Notes under the pieces: model-generated | Database searches by the model: none | The model's input: only the letters and a program-made list of their open reading frames with translations | What the model was told of the DNA's origin: nothing | Assembly (NCBI GenBank): GCA_951406725.2 | Contig: OX597837.1 | Coordinates: 5,456,001-5,520,000, forward strand | DNA length: 64,000 bases | Source of the DNA: Octopus vulgaris | Taxonomy: Eukaryota | Direction of reading: 5' to 3' | Shown: in pieces, positions 17,099 to 32,196 of the stretch | Numbering within the stretch: the stretch's first letter is position 1 | Layout of the letters: every line of letters begins with the position of its first letter | Made by a program: the position numbers and the translations under genes

Positions 17099-17337
17099 CA
17101 TTGTTAGACAAACGCTCACATGCGCCCACACACAGAAAAATGATAACACACACATACACGTATGTAAAAAACAACAAATATTTACAAAACACGCATATAT
17201 ATGTATATGCTTACAAACACACACATATATATACAAATATACTTACACATACACGCACATACATACATGAATACATACATACACACATACATACACATAC
17301 ATACATCCTCACAAACATTCATACACACATATAAAGA

Positions 17338-17450
17338 AAAATACCATGTTGTTGATGTTGAAATTCCATTGAAGGAGCATTGGATTTAGGTCAGAAACCG
17401 TATCTTTCTCGAGTGGTAAGAAATCTTGAAATAAAACTGAACAATGACAT
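17338..17450 (+). mobile_element. 3'-terminal module of an R4/Dong-like LINE in a (CATA)n tract
   Basis: Reverse complement of 52550-52658 and 53035-53140; ends aaatcttgaaataaaactgaacaatgacata and runs into (CATA)n. Confidence 0.7.
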
Positions 17451-17657
17451 ACCTACCTACTTACAGACATTCATACATACATACATACATACATACATAC
17501 ATACATACATACATACATACTTAAATTCATACATACTTACATTCATACATTCATACATACATACATAAATTCATATATACTTAAATTTATACATACTTAC
17601 ATACATACATTCATACATACATACATAAATTCATACATATATACATACATACATACA

Positions 17658-17691
<34 letters not shown>

Positions 17692-18513
17692 CATACATAC
17701 ATACATACATACATAAATTCATACATACCTACATGCATACAAACATGCATGCACATATGAATATATTTATTTAAGCCTTACCCATCTACGGCACGACTGT
17801 GTACTGAAAACAATTATTTTACCGTGGACGTTATTATATAACTGCAGTTGTTTTCAGGATTGCATGTGGCAAAATTTTTCTTTTTGGCGTAGTTGAAGGA
17901 AACAAGGAGAATGGTTGAATGATACTTTTAAACTACACAAGTCAGACTATTGCAACAGAAAGCGTTTTCTCAAAGGAAAGAATAAATTTTCAGAAGACTC
18001 TTAGAGGGAATTTTCTTGGAGACTTTGCTGGTTGCGGTGGCACCAGCGCTTTGTATTTAGATATAACAACTGTTACGTTCACTAACTCAGCAACTGGTGT
18101 AAAACTATCTTAGGTAAAATGTTCCCCGCTAAAGCTGCGTTTCTGCAGCCAGACGTACTACTGGGCTGAAGAGATACAATTGGACTGGTGGCATTGCATT
18201 TCCTACAGGCGTAAGCAGAATGTACGATGAATATTTTCGCATGACTTTATTGTCTTTAATATTGAAACCGGTTGCAGCTTTCAATAAAAGTGTAAATATT
18301 TTTGCCTTTTTTCCATAATAGAATATGCTTTTACACAAACACACTCGCACACACATACAACAGGGACACACACACATATACATGCACCCATCCACACATA
18401 CATAGTATATATATTTGTACGTGTATATATGTTTACATACGTTGTGTGTATGCATGAATGCAAAATTTTATCTATCGCTGTCTTTTTCTGTCTCTGTATA
18501 TATATATATATAT

Positions 18514-18919
18514 AGACGTAAGAGTGGCTGTGTGGTAAGAAGCTTGCTTACCAACCACATTTTCCGGGTTCAGTCCCACAGCATGACACCTTGGGCAAGT
18601 GTCTTCTACTATAGCCTCGGGCCGACCATAGTCTTGTGAGTAGATATGGTAGACGGAAACTGAAAGAAGCCCGTCGTATATATGTATATGTGTATATATA
18701 TATATGTGTGTGTGTGTGTTTGTCCCCCCCCAACATTGTTTGACAACCGATGCTGGTGTGTTTGCATCGCCGTAACTTAGTGGTTTTGCAAAAGAGACCA
18801 ATAGAATAAGTACTAGGCTTACAAAGAATAAATCTTGGGTTCGATTTGCTCAACTAACCGCGGTGCTCCAGCATGGCCACATTCAAATGACTGAAACTAG
18901 TAAAAGAGTAAAAAGAGTA
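18514..18919 (+). mobile_element. tRNA-derived SINE family A, full length, with internal (TA)(TG) tract and (TAAAAGAG)n tail
   Basis: A-box-like gtggctgtgtggt and B-box-like gggttcagtcc; highly similar to 38074 and 40491. Confidence 0.92.
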
Positions 18920-19596
18920 CATATAGTTAAAATTTCATTGTTTATTTCTTGGTTGTTCTTGGTTTGTTGCAAAGAGAGTGTTTTGTTCAATGGAACGAAG
19001 TGTAAGACGTAATCTTTAAACTTTCATTTAATTCACATTGCTTTCCACGTTGAAGTAATAACGACGTTAGTATTCGTAGATAGAGGCGCCATTTGTATAT
19101 AATTGGATATCGTCGGTCTTATGTAATTAAGGGCTCATTGACTTTATTGTATTTGTCACATATCTTTAGAAGAAAACAATTTGACAAAAAGGAGGTTGGA
19201 AAAAGATATTTCATTGAAATAATGCGCAATAGGGAAAGTCGCTTTTGTTTTTTGTTTTTTTTTTATATAATTCATTAGTTGTAAAGTAAGAGAATGAAAA
19301 TCAATTTTAAATTTACGTACAGATATTTGAGTGCTTTTTGGCGAATCGTTGCTGTCTTAATTATTTCATTAGAAAATATATACATAAACACACACACACA
19401 CACACACATACACATACACAGACGTACACACGTGTAGAGAAAATAAAACAAACACACACCTATATACAACTAACTACATTTATTATATGTGTGTGTATGT
19501 GTGTGTGTTAACTTGTTCATTTTTCCATTTTTTTGCTCGTTGTTTACATATTTCATGTCATTTGCACTGTTGGTGACGTTCTGTACGCATATATGC

Positions 19597-19653
<57 letters not shown>

Positions 19654-19659
19654 TATATA

Positions 19660-20209
19660 CAGTGGCGAGTTAAAAAGTAATGCCATTTTGTTTACCAACA
19701 CAGGAATATGTACCATACATCAAAATGAAGCTGTCCTCTGTGGATCACATCCTTGCTCCTCAACATAGTTACCGTTTCTCTCAATAGCAATGTTCTACTT
19801 TCGAATAAGAGCGTGTATCCCTGCCCCGTAAAATTCTGTTGACTGTACTTTGAACCACTTCTTCACTACAGTTTTTACTTCCTCGTCACTGGACTATCAT
19901 CGTCACAAGACTATCATCTCTTCGGCCCCACGAAAGAGGGTTTGAGAGACAAACATTATTCCTGTGACGAGGAAGTGAAAACTGTAGTGAAGAAGTGGGT
20001 CAAAGAACAGTCAACAGAATTTTACGGGTCAAGGATACATGCTGTCATTCGAAGGTGGAACATTGCAATTAAGAGAAATGGTGACTATGTTGAGAAGTAG
20101 GGATGTAATTCACAGAGGACCAGCTTCATTTTGATGTATGATACATGTTCCTTTGTTGGTAATTATACCTCTCCTAAACAAAATGGCATTACTTTGTGAC
20201 TTACCCTCG
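19660..20209. mobile_element. Palindromic mariner MITE made of two inverted 3' ends
   Basis: TA-flanked TIRs (aagtaatgccattttgttt). 19909-20100 translates DYHLFGPTKEGLRDKHYSCDEEVKTVVKKWVKEQSTEFYGSRIHAVIRRWNIAIKRNGDYVEK*; the left arm is the reverse complement of the same region. Confidence 0.92.
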
Positions 20210-20658
20210 TACAAACACAATTCAATGCAAACAAAGACAGCTCGCTCATCAGACCACCTGAACAACATTATGGTTACATCAACGGTTCAAATGTAAAGTT
20301 GAAAATAAAGTGAGGACAAGTATAATGAAGTCATATATATTGAAATAGGAATGGTGAATTGTTTGAAGATTAATCAATATGGATTACATGTGTCTATTGA
20401 ACACTTACACAAACATATACACATATACAAAGGACAATACTCACGTATATACATATAAATATGTATGTACTTCTCAGTCTATCTGTCTGTCTCTCGCCGT
20501 CTCTATTTGTCTGTGTCTCTCGTTATAAAAATGTTTATATATGCACGAGTGTCTGATTTATATATATATACACTAACATAGAAACAGAATCGTTTCTGTG
20601 CACGTTCATCCATACGTAATTATGAAAATATATGCATAGTTGCATGCAGGTTTATATA

Positions 20659-21728
<1,070 letters not shown>

Positions 21729-21734
21729 GTGAAA

Positions 21735-22632
21735 TAGAAAGATGAATAATCTTGTAGTAGATTAATCAAAAGTTTAACCGATACCTTAGTAGCAAAAATC
21801 ACAGCAGTAAAACAGCACGGTTGGAGGTACAACCATATGGTGTTGCAACCGTGCGTTGGTGCGGATAATTGAAATTAGAACATTATTGGTGAATTGAAGA
21901 AATGGAGCTGAACGCAGATTGAACAGAAATCGTTTTATTTCATTCTACACGTGTTTCGAAAGGCACAAATTACCAAAATCCGATGGAATAATGGGACCAT
22001 ATTGTGTCTTTCTCTTCAGGAAGAAAATAGGAAATCCGTTGGAAAAACAAAAACAGAACAGAGGCGGAGCAAAAACAAATCGAACTATGCTCCTAAGAGC
22101 CCATGGCGAAACTGTTTATCAGTGTATGTTGAGAACCGGTGGCTGAAGAATTCAACGGGTCAGGCATCGGTCAATCATGTGGGTGGGGGTGCGTAGATGT
22201 TCTTTGTGACCGAGAATAAAGTTCTGACTATTTAAGGAATATTGGATGTTTTATAAGGGGCGAGAAAAAATCTACTTAGAGACGTGTGTGTGTGTATACT
22301 GTTCTATATATGTGTGTGTTGGCGTAGGGGTAGAAAACATTTTTTGTGTACGTGTGTGCGTTTGATCGTTCGGCTGTCAGTGGCTGCTGCCGTGATAACC
22401 GTTGGGTGGCAGAAAAAAAATATATATCATGTTTTATGTGTGTGTGTGTTCATCTAAGCCTGCCTTGTCAAGGAAACCCCCGCTGTGAAAAAACCAAGCC
22501 CCGTTTGTCTTACAGGAGTAATTCCCCTTGCAGTGGTTAATCGTAGATATCTTAAAGGCTATTTCAGAATTTGTTACCAAGGGCTATGGGTGCCGGTATT
22601 ATTTATAAACGCTATTTAAAAGCCAGATAATG

Positions 22633-22635
<3 letters not shown>
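21735..22635 (-). mobile_element. Penelope pLTR-like element with a hammerhead
   Basis: Bounded by (TA)n tracts; first 140 bp or so recur at 44920-45056; canonical hammerhead on the minus strand. Confidence 0.7.
21943..22022 (-). ncRNA. Type-I hammerhead ribozyme with extended stem II
   Basis: Minus strand reads UUC CUGAAGA GAAAGACACAA...UUGUGCCUUUC GAAA CACGUG UA GAA. Palindromic stem III ACACGUGU. Confidence 0.85.
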
Positions 22636-22682
<47 letters not shown>

Positions 22683-23084
22683 CATAGTGGTGGTGCCTCA
22701 GCATGGCCGCAGCCTTCGGGCTAAAACATTTTAAAGGATTTTTAAGGATTTATACATATAAGTATATATATATATGTGTGTGTATGTATGTATGTATGTA
22801 TTTTATGTGTGTGTGTGTGCTTCTGTGTGTTTATGCTTCTCTTTTCATTCTTTCTCTCTATCCATCTATTAAATTATACTTCTATTTCTCTTTCTCGCTC
22901 TTCCTGTATCTATCACTGTCATTCTCTGGGTACATACATACGTACACACACACACATATCTATCTATGTATCTGTATATATATATATATTATATAAAAGG
23001 GCTTAGTAAAATAAATTACTTTGCCACATACTGAATTAATTTTACCCTCAATTGCCACATAATTAATTTTACCCTCAATTGTTG

Positions 23085-23159
<75 letters not shown>

Positions 23160-23170
23160 CACACATACTT

Positions 23171-23204
<34 letters not shown>

Positions 23205-23379
23205 GTATATACACAAAGAGAAGGGAATGGGGAGAAAGAGTGAGAGATGGGGAGAAAAATAAATAGACAGAGTGAAAAGGGGGATGCACATGTGTATATA
23301 AATAAGCACACACGAACACGCACACACATATATAAACCTACATGCAGATGCATACACACACAAACGCGCGCAAACACAC

Positions 23380-23429
<50 letters not shown>

Positions 23430-23853
23430 CTATATAGCTACTTAATGTTGTGTAACGCATACAAGTTTAAGAAGCTTAAATGAGACAAAGATGGCGGAGT
23501 CGGAAAAATTAAAATTTTGACGTCAGAAGTTCAGGATAGGTCTTCATCGATGGAAGCATTCATTAAGGATTAGATGAGTTCACGTGATTACGTGCACACT
23601 TTTCATAATAATGCTCACTTAGATCGTAATCCAAACAAATGTAAAGGGTCAGGTGCAGCTGTCAACTAGTTTTCTTTAAAATCTTGATGAGTTAAGAGTA
23701 CATTTTCTTGTGTGGTGTGATTTGATCTTCAGCGTCAAGGAAAATTAGAGAGAGAAGAATGAAAATGAATACCGTTGTGGCAATTGTAGTGCTATGGTTT
23801 AAAGTATAATGGCTCGTGCCACTCTTCACTCTCGTTATTATATTAAATAAATA

Positions 23854-24370
23854 TTGGGTTGTCAGGAAAGTTCGTGCCGATTTTTAAAGGAAAGAAAAAG
23901 GTTAATAAATACTTGCCATTACGTTTTTAATCAACCAAATATGAACCATTTTGTGGCACAATGCGTCTCCATATTTCTTTTAACTTGAAAATATCCTCTT
24001 CCCAGAATTGAGGTGGTTTCATGGCAAAGAATTCATCAACGTATCTTTTTACGCCATCGAAGGAATTGAAATTTTTACCATTAAGACTATTCTGCAGATA
24101 CCTGAATAAGTGGAAGTTCGAAGGAGCAATATCAGGTGAATATGGAGAGTAGGGTAACACATTCCAGACGAGCTACAGCAATTTTTGTCTGGTTCCCAAA
24201 GCATCAAGTGCCGAAAATGAGCTTTCTTATCTTCCATTTTAAAGGGTTACAGAATTAACACAGGTTATAGGGACATAAACCTTCTTCCACGAAAAGATAG
24301 CGTAAAATGTGCTCTAAATGGAAGTGTAGTAAAATCTTATTTTATGGACTCAACCATGTTCTAAAATAAG
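23854..24370 (-). mobile_element. Internally deleted mariner (DD34D) element
   Basis: TA plus TIR ttgggttgtcaggaaagttcgtgccgattt. N-terminus MEDKKAHFRHLMLW is joined to C-terminal ...YSPYSPDIAPSNFHLFRYLQNSL...WRRIVPQNGSYLVD. Confidence 0.9.
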
Positions 24371-24371
24371 T

Positions 24372-24626
24372 CGAATTATTTGTTAAGCAGTATCGTGTTT
24401 TACAATTCTGCAAATAATAATAATGGTATTTTTTATAAGCTTAAAGCTTATAGCGATCACCGGGAAAGCCTACGTTTTTCTGTCGAGGGCTTATTTGCCC
24501 CATTATTAGACTACTTTCCTTGGTCATTTGCAACGGTGATGGCTATAAAATTTAAGCTTATAAAAAAATACCATTGTTATTATTTACAGAATTGTAAAAC
24601 TCGACACTTCTTAACAAAACCATTCG
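24372..24626. repeat. Fold-back element with arms of about 90 bp
   Basis: ttttacaattctgcaaataataataatggtattttttataagcttaaa pairs with tttaagcttataaaaaaataccattgttattatttacagaattgtaaaa. Confidence 0.85.
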
Positions 24627-24641
24627 CAACGAAATACTTAT

Positions 24642-24717
<76 letters not shown>

Positions 24718-24823
24718 GCATTCATACAAGCATACACACAAATATACATTTATGTTGTAGATAATTGTGTGTGTACACACATTTGAGCGCGCGCGTGTGT
24801 GTTTATATATACGTATGTACAGT

Positions 24824-24854
<31 letters not shown>

Positions 24855-25034
24855 AGATATATCGGTCTATGTATCTATATATCAATCTATCTAGCTCTCT
24901 ATCTGTCTGTCCATATGCATACATACACGTGTGTGTGTGTATATATATTGCGCCAATGCTTCGTTATATATGTGTATATGTGGATATGCATCAATGTGGG
25001 TGTATGTCTATGCGTGTGCGTGAGTGTGTGTTTG

Positions 25035-25118
<84 letters not shown>

Positions 25119-25841
25119 CATACATACACACACATGTATATATACATATTTATATTAAAACCAGCAATAAATCAAATAATATTTTTTTATTTTTCCAAAG
25201 GCGTCACGTGAAACAAAAGACGGCGTTAAAACCGAATTGTTTAGCGAAGACATTTCCCACTTTTATTCATAATGCACAACCAACATATGAGGGTATATAT
25301 ATGGGGGTAGATGTTTATTTTTGTCTTTCTCTCCCACACCCACATATGTATACATGCAAGTGTATACACCCATACAGAGATCTGCAGATATTGTATATGG
25401 AAGTGTATACATATTTGAAATGGCTATAAATCAAATTGCTCTTTTTTCAGTTTTTCCAAAATTTCACTTAAAACAGGAGAGGAAATATTTGGTAAAAGTA
25501 TTTTTATTTTTGTTTTTACATAAAAACAAAGTGGTGGAAACACATCTCAGAAGCACACACACGCTAACTCCCACACAGAGACACACAGATGCACAAATAC
25601 ACACTCACACACTCACACTCACACTTAAATATTTATCGTTTAATATAAAATAGCTACCAGTAGTTTCATGCTTTATAGATACAATAAATTGGCAGGTGTA
25701 TATAAATTGCCATAAATCGCCAAACGTGTCGTATAAATCTGCCATTTTATTGTATCTATAAAGCATGAATCTGTTAGGACCCGTTTTGTAATGGTGTATA
25801 TTAAATAGTACTTATCTCTTGCTGGAGGGAGTGCTTCTTTT

Positions 25842-26950
25842 GTTGATCCCTGCCTCTATGCGGGGTCGAAATCGTTTACAAGCTCGGATTAAGTGGTCCT
25901 TGTTCATATTGGACATGAATCAGACTATGGCCGCTTTCAAAGAACGTTTGGTGCTACGGAGACGTTCATTGACATTTTTTCAGCGATACGCCATACATAG
26001 TGGTCCAGTGGATTGAGATCTGGAGAATTAGGAGGCCAAATGTTGGGAAATGTGATCATGCAAATTCTAGGCTATTCATTCTTGTTTCATTTGAGCCTTG
26101 TGTCACGGGGCACAATCATGATGAAAGGCATAAGGCCTTCCATTGCATACATTGTTGATCCAATGCTTAGCAACTTTATCTAGAACCTCAATATACGCGG
26201 CAGCATTCACCCTAAGGTGGACAAAATTGAGGAGGCATAACATGTCATTCATTGCTAACGACAGCTAAAACCATGACACTTGCACGAGGTTTTCTGTGCA
26301 TTACTTCTGGAACCTCAGAAGGGTCTGCACATAACCATCTGTCATTTCATCTGGTCAAAGTATTTGTCATCTGAGAAAAAACAAAACACATCATCTTCTG
26401 ATGGGATTTTAAGTTAGTCAAAAGTCTTTTGGATCTGATTAAATGTTTTTTTTTTTTTCTGACATGTAAAGATCTTTCTTTATCACGTAAGATTTCTATC
26501 TGATGTCTCCATGCATAACATTTATAATTGTCTTTTCTGACACGAAAGTTTTTTTGCAATTGACCTCATTGATTTTCTTGGATTGTCTTCAATGTTTTGC
26601 TTAACTTCCTGAATAAATTCAGGTGTCCTGATAGAATCAGGGCGTTTAGGATGTTTTTTAACGTTTTGATACAGGTAATACGCTTCCATCTTCTTTCTCT
26701 AACTCACATCGAATGTTGTGGATAAAAGATCTTGCTCCTTTCAGAAAACGAGAAATTTCTAAATCCTCATGCCTAGCCTTCAAAGTCACAAAGTCACAGC
26801 TTGCCTTTCCATTTCATTAGTAGGCATAGGGCCTGTCATTGTTATGTTCTGAAAGAGAAGTTCAATAAAAATTAGTCAAATAAAATAATGACTAAAATTA
26901 AATGTATCCTCAAATACCGTCCATTCACATTTCAGATCTATATCTACCCT
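25842..26950 (-). pseudogene. Degenerate Tc1/mariner-superfamily transposase, probably DD37D/maT
   Basis: Minus-strand fragments from an ATG at 26839: IRTPEFIQEVKQNIEDNPRKSMRSIAKKL, FFSD, ASVMVLAVVSNE, VNAAAYIEVL, YAFHHDCAP*HKA, WPPNSPDLNPLDHYVW, ACKRFRPRIEA. Many stops and frameshifts. Confidence 0.88.
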
Positions 26951-27296
26951 AATTGCACCAAATCCAGAACTACTTACCTCTATTACACATAATCTTTTTA
27001 CTTGGGGACTAGGAGACCTGCCACCGTTCAGTAATCGGTGTGCATTCAAAGCAATGATTAGTGATTTTACGAAACCGGTATGCTTTTGAATCTCTTTAAC
27101 AATTCACAATAATAACTTTTATTACATTTATTCCTACCTCAGCTCATACAAGTGTATATATATCTACCGATACTTTTCATAAAAAAAACCCTTATCTTTT
27201 TGATTTCCAATATGCGTTTTCGCTTATTTTTTTTCTTACTTTCCCCTTACATTCATTTCCACGTGTAGTTTCTATTTTCTTTTTGTAACATATTTC

Positions 27297-27333
<37 letters not shown>

Positions 27334-28029
27334 TATACGTATGAGTTTGTGCGTGTGTATGTCTCTGTGCGCGCGTATATCATTGACATATGCTAGATAA
27401 AAGAGAAATGCTAGATTTTGTGGAGGCGTTTACACGTTATGTCTGTTCTGTTGTTAGAGTTGAATCCTTTCCGGTTTCACAAATTTTATTGATTAAATGA
27501 AGCGTTCTGTGTCTTTATATTATTGCACCTGTCAGTGTTCACATACTATATTTTTGTTCGCTTCAAGGCAAATACATACACGGGCTTCATACATACACAT
27601 ATGCGTACATACATACATGCATGCATACATACAGACACACACATATACATATATATATTTGTGCGTGTGTTAGAGCGTGTGTGTGTCTGGGTGCAGTTAT
27701 ACGAATATATGTTAATATATATTCATATGTATATACATACATATATACATATATACATATACACACACATACATACATATATACATATATGTATGTATAT
27801 ATATTTATAAACATATACATATATGCACAAGTTATATGATGTATAAAAACATCTAATATGCAAATAAATATCTGTGACTATAAAACCATCCGAATTTCTG
27901 AGTACCTCATTTCTTCTAATACACACATATATATACACATATAGATATATATATGTGCAAATATATATGTATATACAAGGAATCACACACACACGCACAT
28001 ACGTGCGCGCACACACACATACGTGCGCG

Positions 28030-28066
<37 letters not shown>

Positions 28067-28916
28067 ACCTACATACATGTATATATAATATACATATACA
28101 CACAATCTATGCATCGCATTGGTTAAGAATTAATAGTTATCCCTCTTTTTAAGAGTAATATTAGTTCTGTTAATCCTCCTCAAATTGCATTCAATACCAT
28201 CGATTTTCAAAGACAGCATATATTTATTGCAATATTTCCGATCTTAGACTAAGCTGGACGAAATTTGGTCAGCGTCGAAACATGAAGATTTAGTAAATCC
28301 GAGGAAATTATAGATCGCCTTCGTCCCCTTCAAACAACACCTGTTTCTCGACACCACTTCATACCAGCTCATGCCAGAAACTTATGACGCCTATTAGCTT
28401 CGGTGAGCCTTACCAGAGGTGGACAGAGATTTCTGGAGTGGGTGGTCGAAACACATCTTTGTTACGGCTGTTGGAGGTAAATGATGGTGTTTACTTTATT
28501 CGAAGTATAACCATATCACCCTTTTATTCTGACCAATTCTAGGAAGCAAGACGTGTTAATCAGGGTTAGCATGTCCTGAACGATAAAATACATTATTTTA
28601 CATTTTGGGGTTGTTATCTGTCTCTTGCTAACCTCGACCGAACAAACACAGAATCAAACGCAATTCTGACTTGATCCTTCATCTATTTAGGCGTAGAAGC
28701 AATTCTCCATCTACTTAGGAGTATCTAATGATGTATTTTTAATGTATTTCTCCTTGTAGTCGATGGAGTGAATAATTTGAGACAAGTTTAGCTCTTTTTA
28801 ACATGTAAAGGTTTTTACATTAGATGTCATTTCAACATAGTTTGTGTTTCTCTGTGGGTGAACATTTAAACTGTACAGTTGATACATCAGGTGTAATTTT
28901 AAAAGATATTGTATAA

Positions 28917-29259
28917 TTGTAGTAAAGATTGTTTGCCAACATAACATGGCAGTTCTTGTTTAGGGTTCATGTTGCTGTAATTAAGCCCCAGGAGACATCG
29001 TCTCCAGCTGGCTATACGACACGATCTGTGTCTTATTTTCGAACAAGGGAATCTAGAAAACTCCACTCAGCTCAAAACAATATCTGTGTATCGCGATTTT
29101 GAGCTGAGTGGGGGTGCTAGATTCCCTTGTTCAGAAATATAAGGACACAAATCGTGTCGTATAGCTAGCTGGAGACGATTTCTCCTGGGGCTAAATTACA
29201 GCAACATTAGTCCTAAACCAGGACTACCATGTTATGTTGGCAAACAATCTTTACTACAA
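28917..29259. repeat. About 340-bp fold-back palindrome (MITE-like)
   Basis: Arms of about 160 bp (ttgtagtaaagattgtttgccaacataacatgg and ccatgttatgttggcaaacaatctttactacaa) around a 19-nt loop at 29078-29096. Confidence 0.92.
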
Positions 29260-31052
29260 AATATTGTTGCTGAATATCTCACGTTGTGGGATTTAAAATT
29301 AGTAATTTTCTATTCTATAATTGTTCCACCTGATACACGACGTCGCGAAGGGAACAGTATTGCCTTTTCTTAAGCGTTTAGCTTCGGGTTCTCACATCCA
29401 TTTCTCTGTCGGTTAATCAGAACATTTCTTCTTTGCTTGAATTGCATCTCCACCAGGTGGGAGCTGTACTCTTCTTGCCATTCCCATTGTTGTTAAGGGA
29501 TGATTAGCTATTGTTTCTTCCTAAAAATTTCGTCTTACCTCGCATTATTGTAGAGTCAGCCGCAATAGTGTTGCGATGCCTGAAGTGCAGGGAAATCTAT
29601 CTTCCTTTGCCTGCAGCCTATTCCGATCTAGAGAGATCGCAGAATCCCGGTTATCTATCTGATGTCGCTGAGGTAGTTTCATAATGGCTGTTGATTTCTA
29701 AATAGCTAACAACTTTCTAGTTACATCATGAATGAATAACAAACTCTATCTTGGATATAGACGCACTCAAACATAGTTGACCTGGGGTTAAATAAGCACA
29801 AAACCAAACAATTACAACAAACATTATAAAGACTACGTCACCCCAAAATCTTTATTAATCTTTGAAATGTTATTTTAGTGTGTGTAAGAAGTGAGTGAGA
29901 TTAATCATGCAAGCCACCACACATCAAGCTAATAATATGAAACGTATTGCTGATTTATCCACGATAATCGTGTTCACTGACCAGACAGCGTTTCGATTTG
30001 TAAATCAATGTAAATGTAAGTTAGGGCCAGAACCCCAAGAAACTCGTTACGACTCAATCAGCTTCATTAGTTTTTGAATCTCCTCAAAGCATTGCTCGTG
30101 AAATGGTTATCTAGATTTGTCAGCAAATTATCCATTTTACTTTGGTTTCTTGAAAATCACGCGAATTGAATATATTATAGAATTAAATGCTGCCTAAAGG
30201 CTATTTCGCCAATTAACCCTTTAGGTTCTCTTAGCAATATGGTGATAAGATTAACATCTGTTTGACTTCCGATTTAATCGACTATCCAAAAATCAAGGGC
30301 CAAACGCGTGACTTGAATTTGCAATTAATAGCGAACAATGAGGTCTTTTTATTAGTGTTTTAAGGGGGTAAGTTCAATTTGTTGAGAAATTTTACTCTCA
30401 GCGAACATTCGGCCACTTGATGAAAGGGTTAAGAAGAGAAACGGGTGTGTGTGTAGCGGGTGAGGGAAAGAAGCGCAAATTAAATCTATTTGTTATGTTC
30501 ATTCCAGCGTTTGTGCATCAAGAAAATTACCTCAGCGTACATAACGAGAGTATTGTGGAGAATTGAGGTTGAGGTGTTGGCGTTAGCGGGCATAAACACG
30601 CCATGATAAGTGCAAACCTGGTTTACTTAATGCTTAAACATAAGAGCTTGCCTGAAGGGGAAAAAGTTGAAAGGTTATTGTAAGATAAAATGGAAATTAA
30701 ATTACAATTGAATCGCTGTTATTACGCTTTCTATTTATTACAAGTGTGTCGTATAATGTCAACTACCCGCGAACAACTTACGGAAGCGCAGAAATATCTA
30801 TTTTCGGATAGAATCGCGGCAACAGAAAGAGAAGAAAATGCGTAAGAGAGTGTGATTAAGAAACACATGCTACCGAATGGTAACGATGTTAATACAATTA
30901 AAATAAATAATAAGTCGATAAAAATAAATAAATAAATATTTAATAAACAGGATGAACGAATAAATATATAAAAATACACCTATAGCCATTACATAAAAAT
31001 GTGCATATACAGACATATACAAAAATAAATTATATACATGTATTTGTATGTG

Positions 31053-31102
<50 letters not shown>

Positions 31103-31273
31103 TTATATTTATATATATATATACAGATACATACATACATATATATATATACATGCAAGTGTATGTATGTATTTGTACAGGCATATATAGTGCATAAATA
31201 GGCATATGTATATTTGTATGTGTTTATATATATACGTGTATATGTTTTTATATGCATGTCTGTGTGTATATAC

Positions 31274-31335
<62 letters not shown>

Positions 31336-31343
31336 CTTCAAAC

Positions 31344-31383
<40 letters not shown>

Positions 31384-31591
31384 GTATGTATATGTATATA
31401 TGCACATATATATACAGATAAATAGTTAAATATATAATTGAATGAGTGAAGAAAGAAAAACACTTGTACACTTTATTAATTGTTGAGCAGCGAAACGAAA
31501 ATCGAGGCAGGAAACACTTTAAAGCATTTAATAAAATCAAAGTTTTTAAAACTGCAACACTGACTTTTCGTCGTCATCAAAGGTTTTATTT

Positions 31592-31675
<84 letters not shown>

Positions 31676-31678
31676 TCA

Positions 31679-31715
<37 letters not shown>

Positions 31716-31719
31716 TCCT

Positions 31720-31800
<81 letters not shown>

Positions 31801-31992
31801 TTATCTATCTATCCAACTATCTATCTATCTATTTACCTAACCACCTATGTATGTATGTATCTGTCTATTTATCTGTCTGTCTGTCTGTCTATTTATGTAT
31901 GTATGTATGTATCTATCTATCTGTCTATCTCTGTATCTAACTATCTACCTGTATATCGGTCACTCTCTATTTACCGGCCTGTGTATCTGCAG

Positions 31993-32094
<102 letters not shown>

Positions 32095-32099
32095 TCATA

Positions 32100-32196
<97 letters not shown>

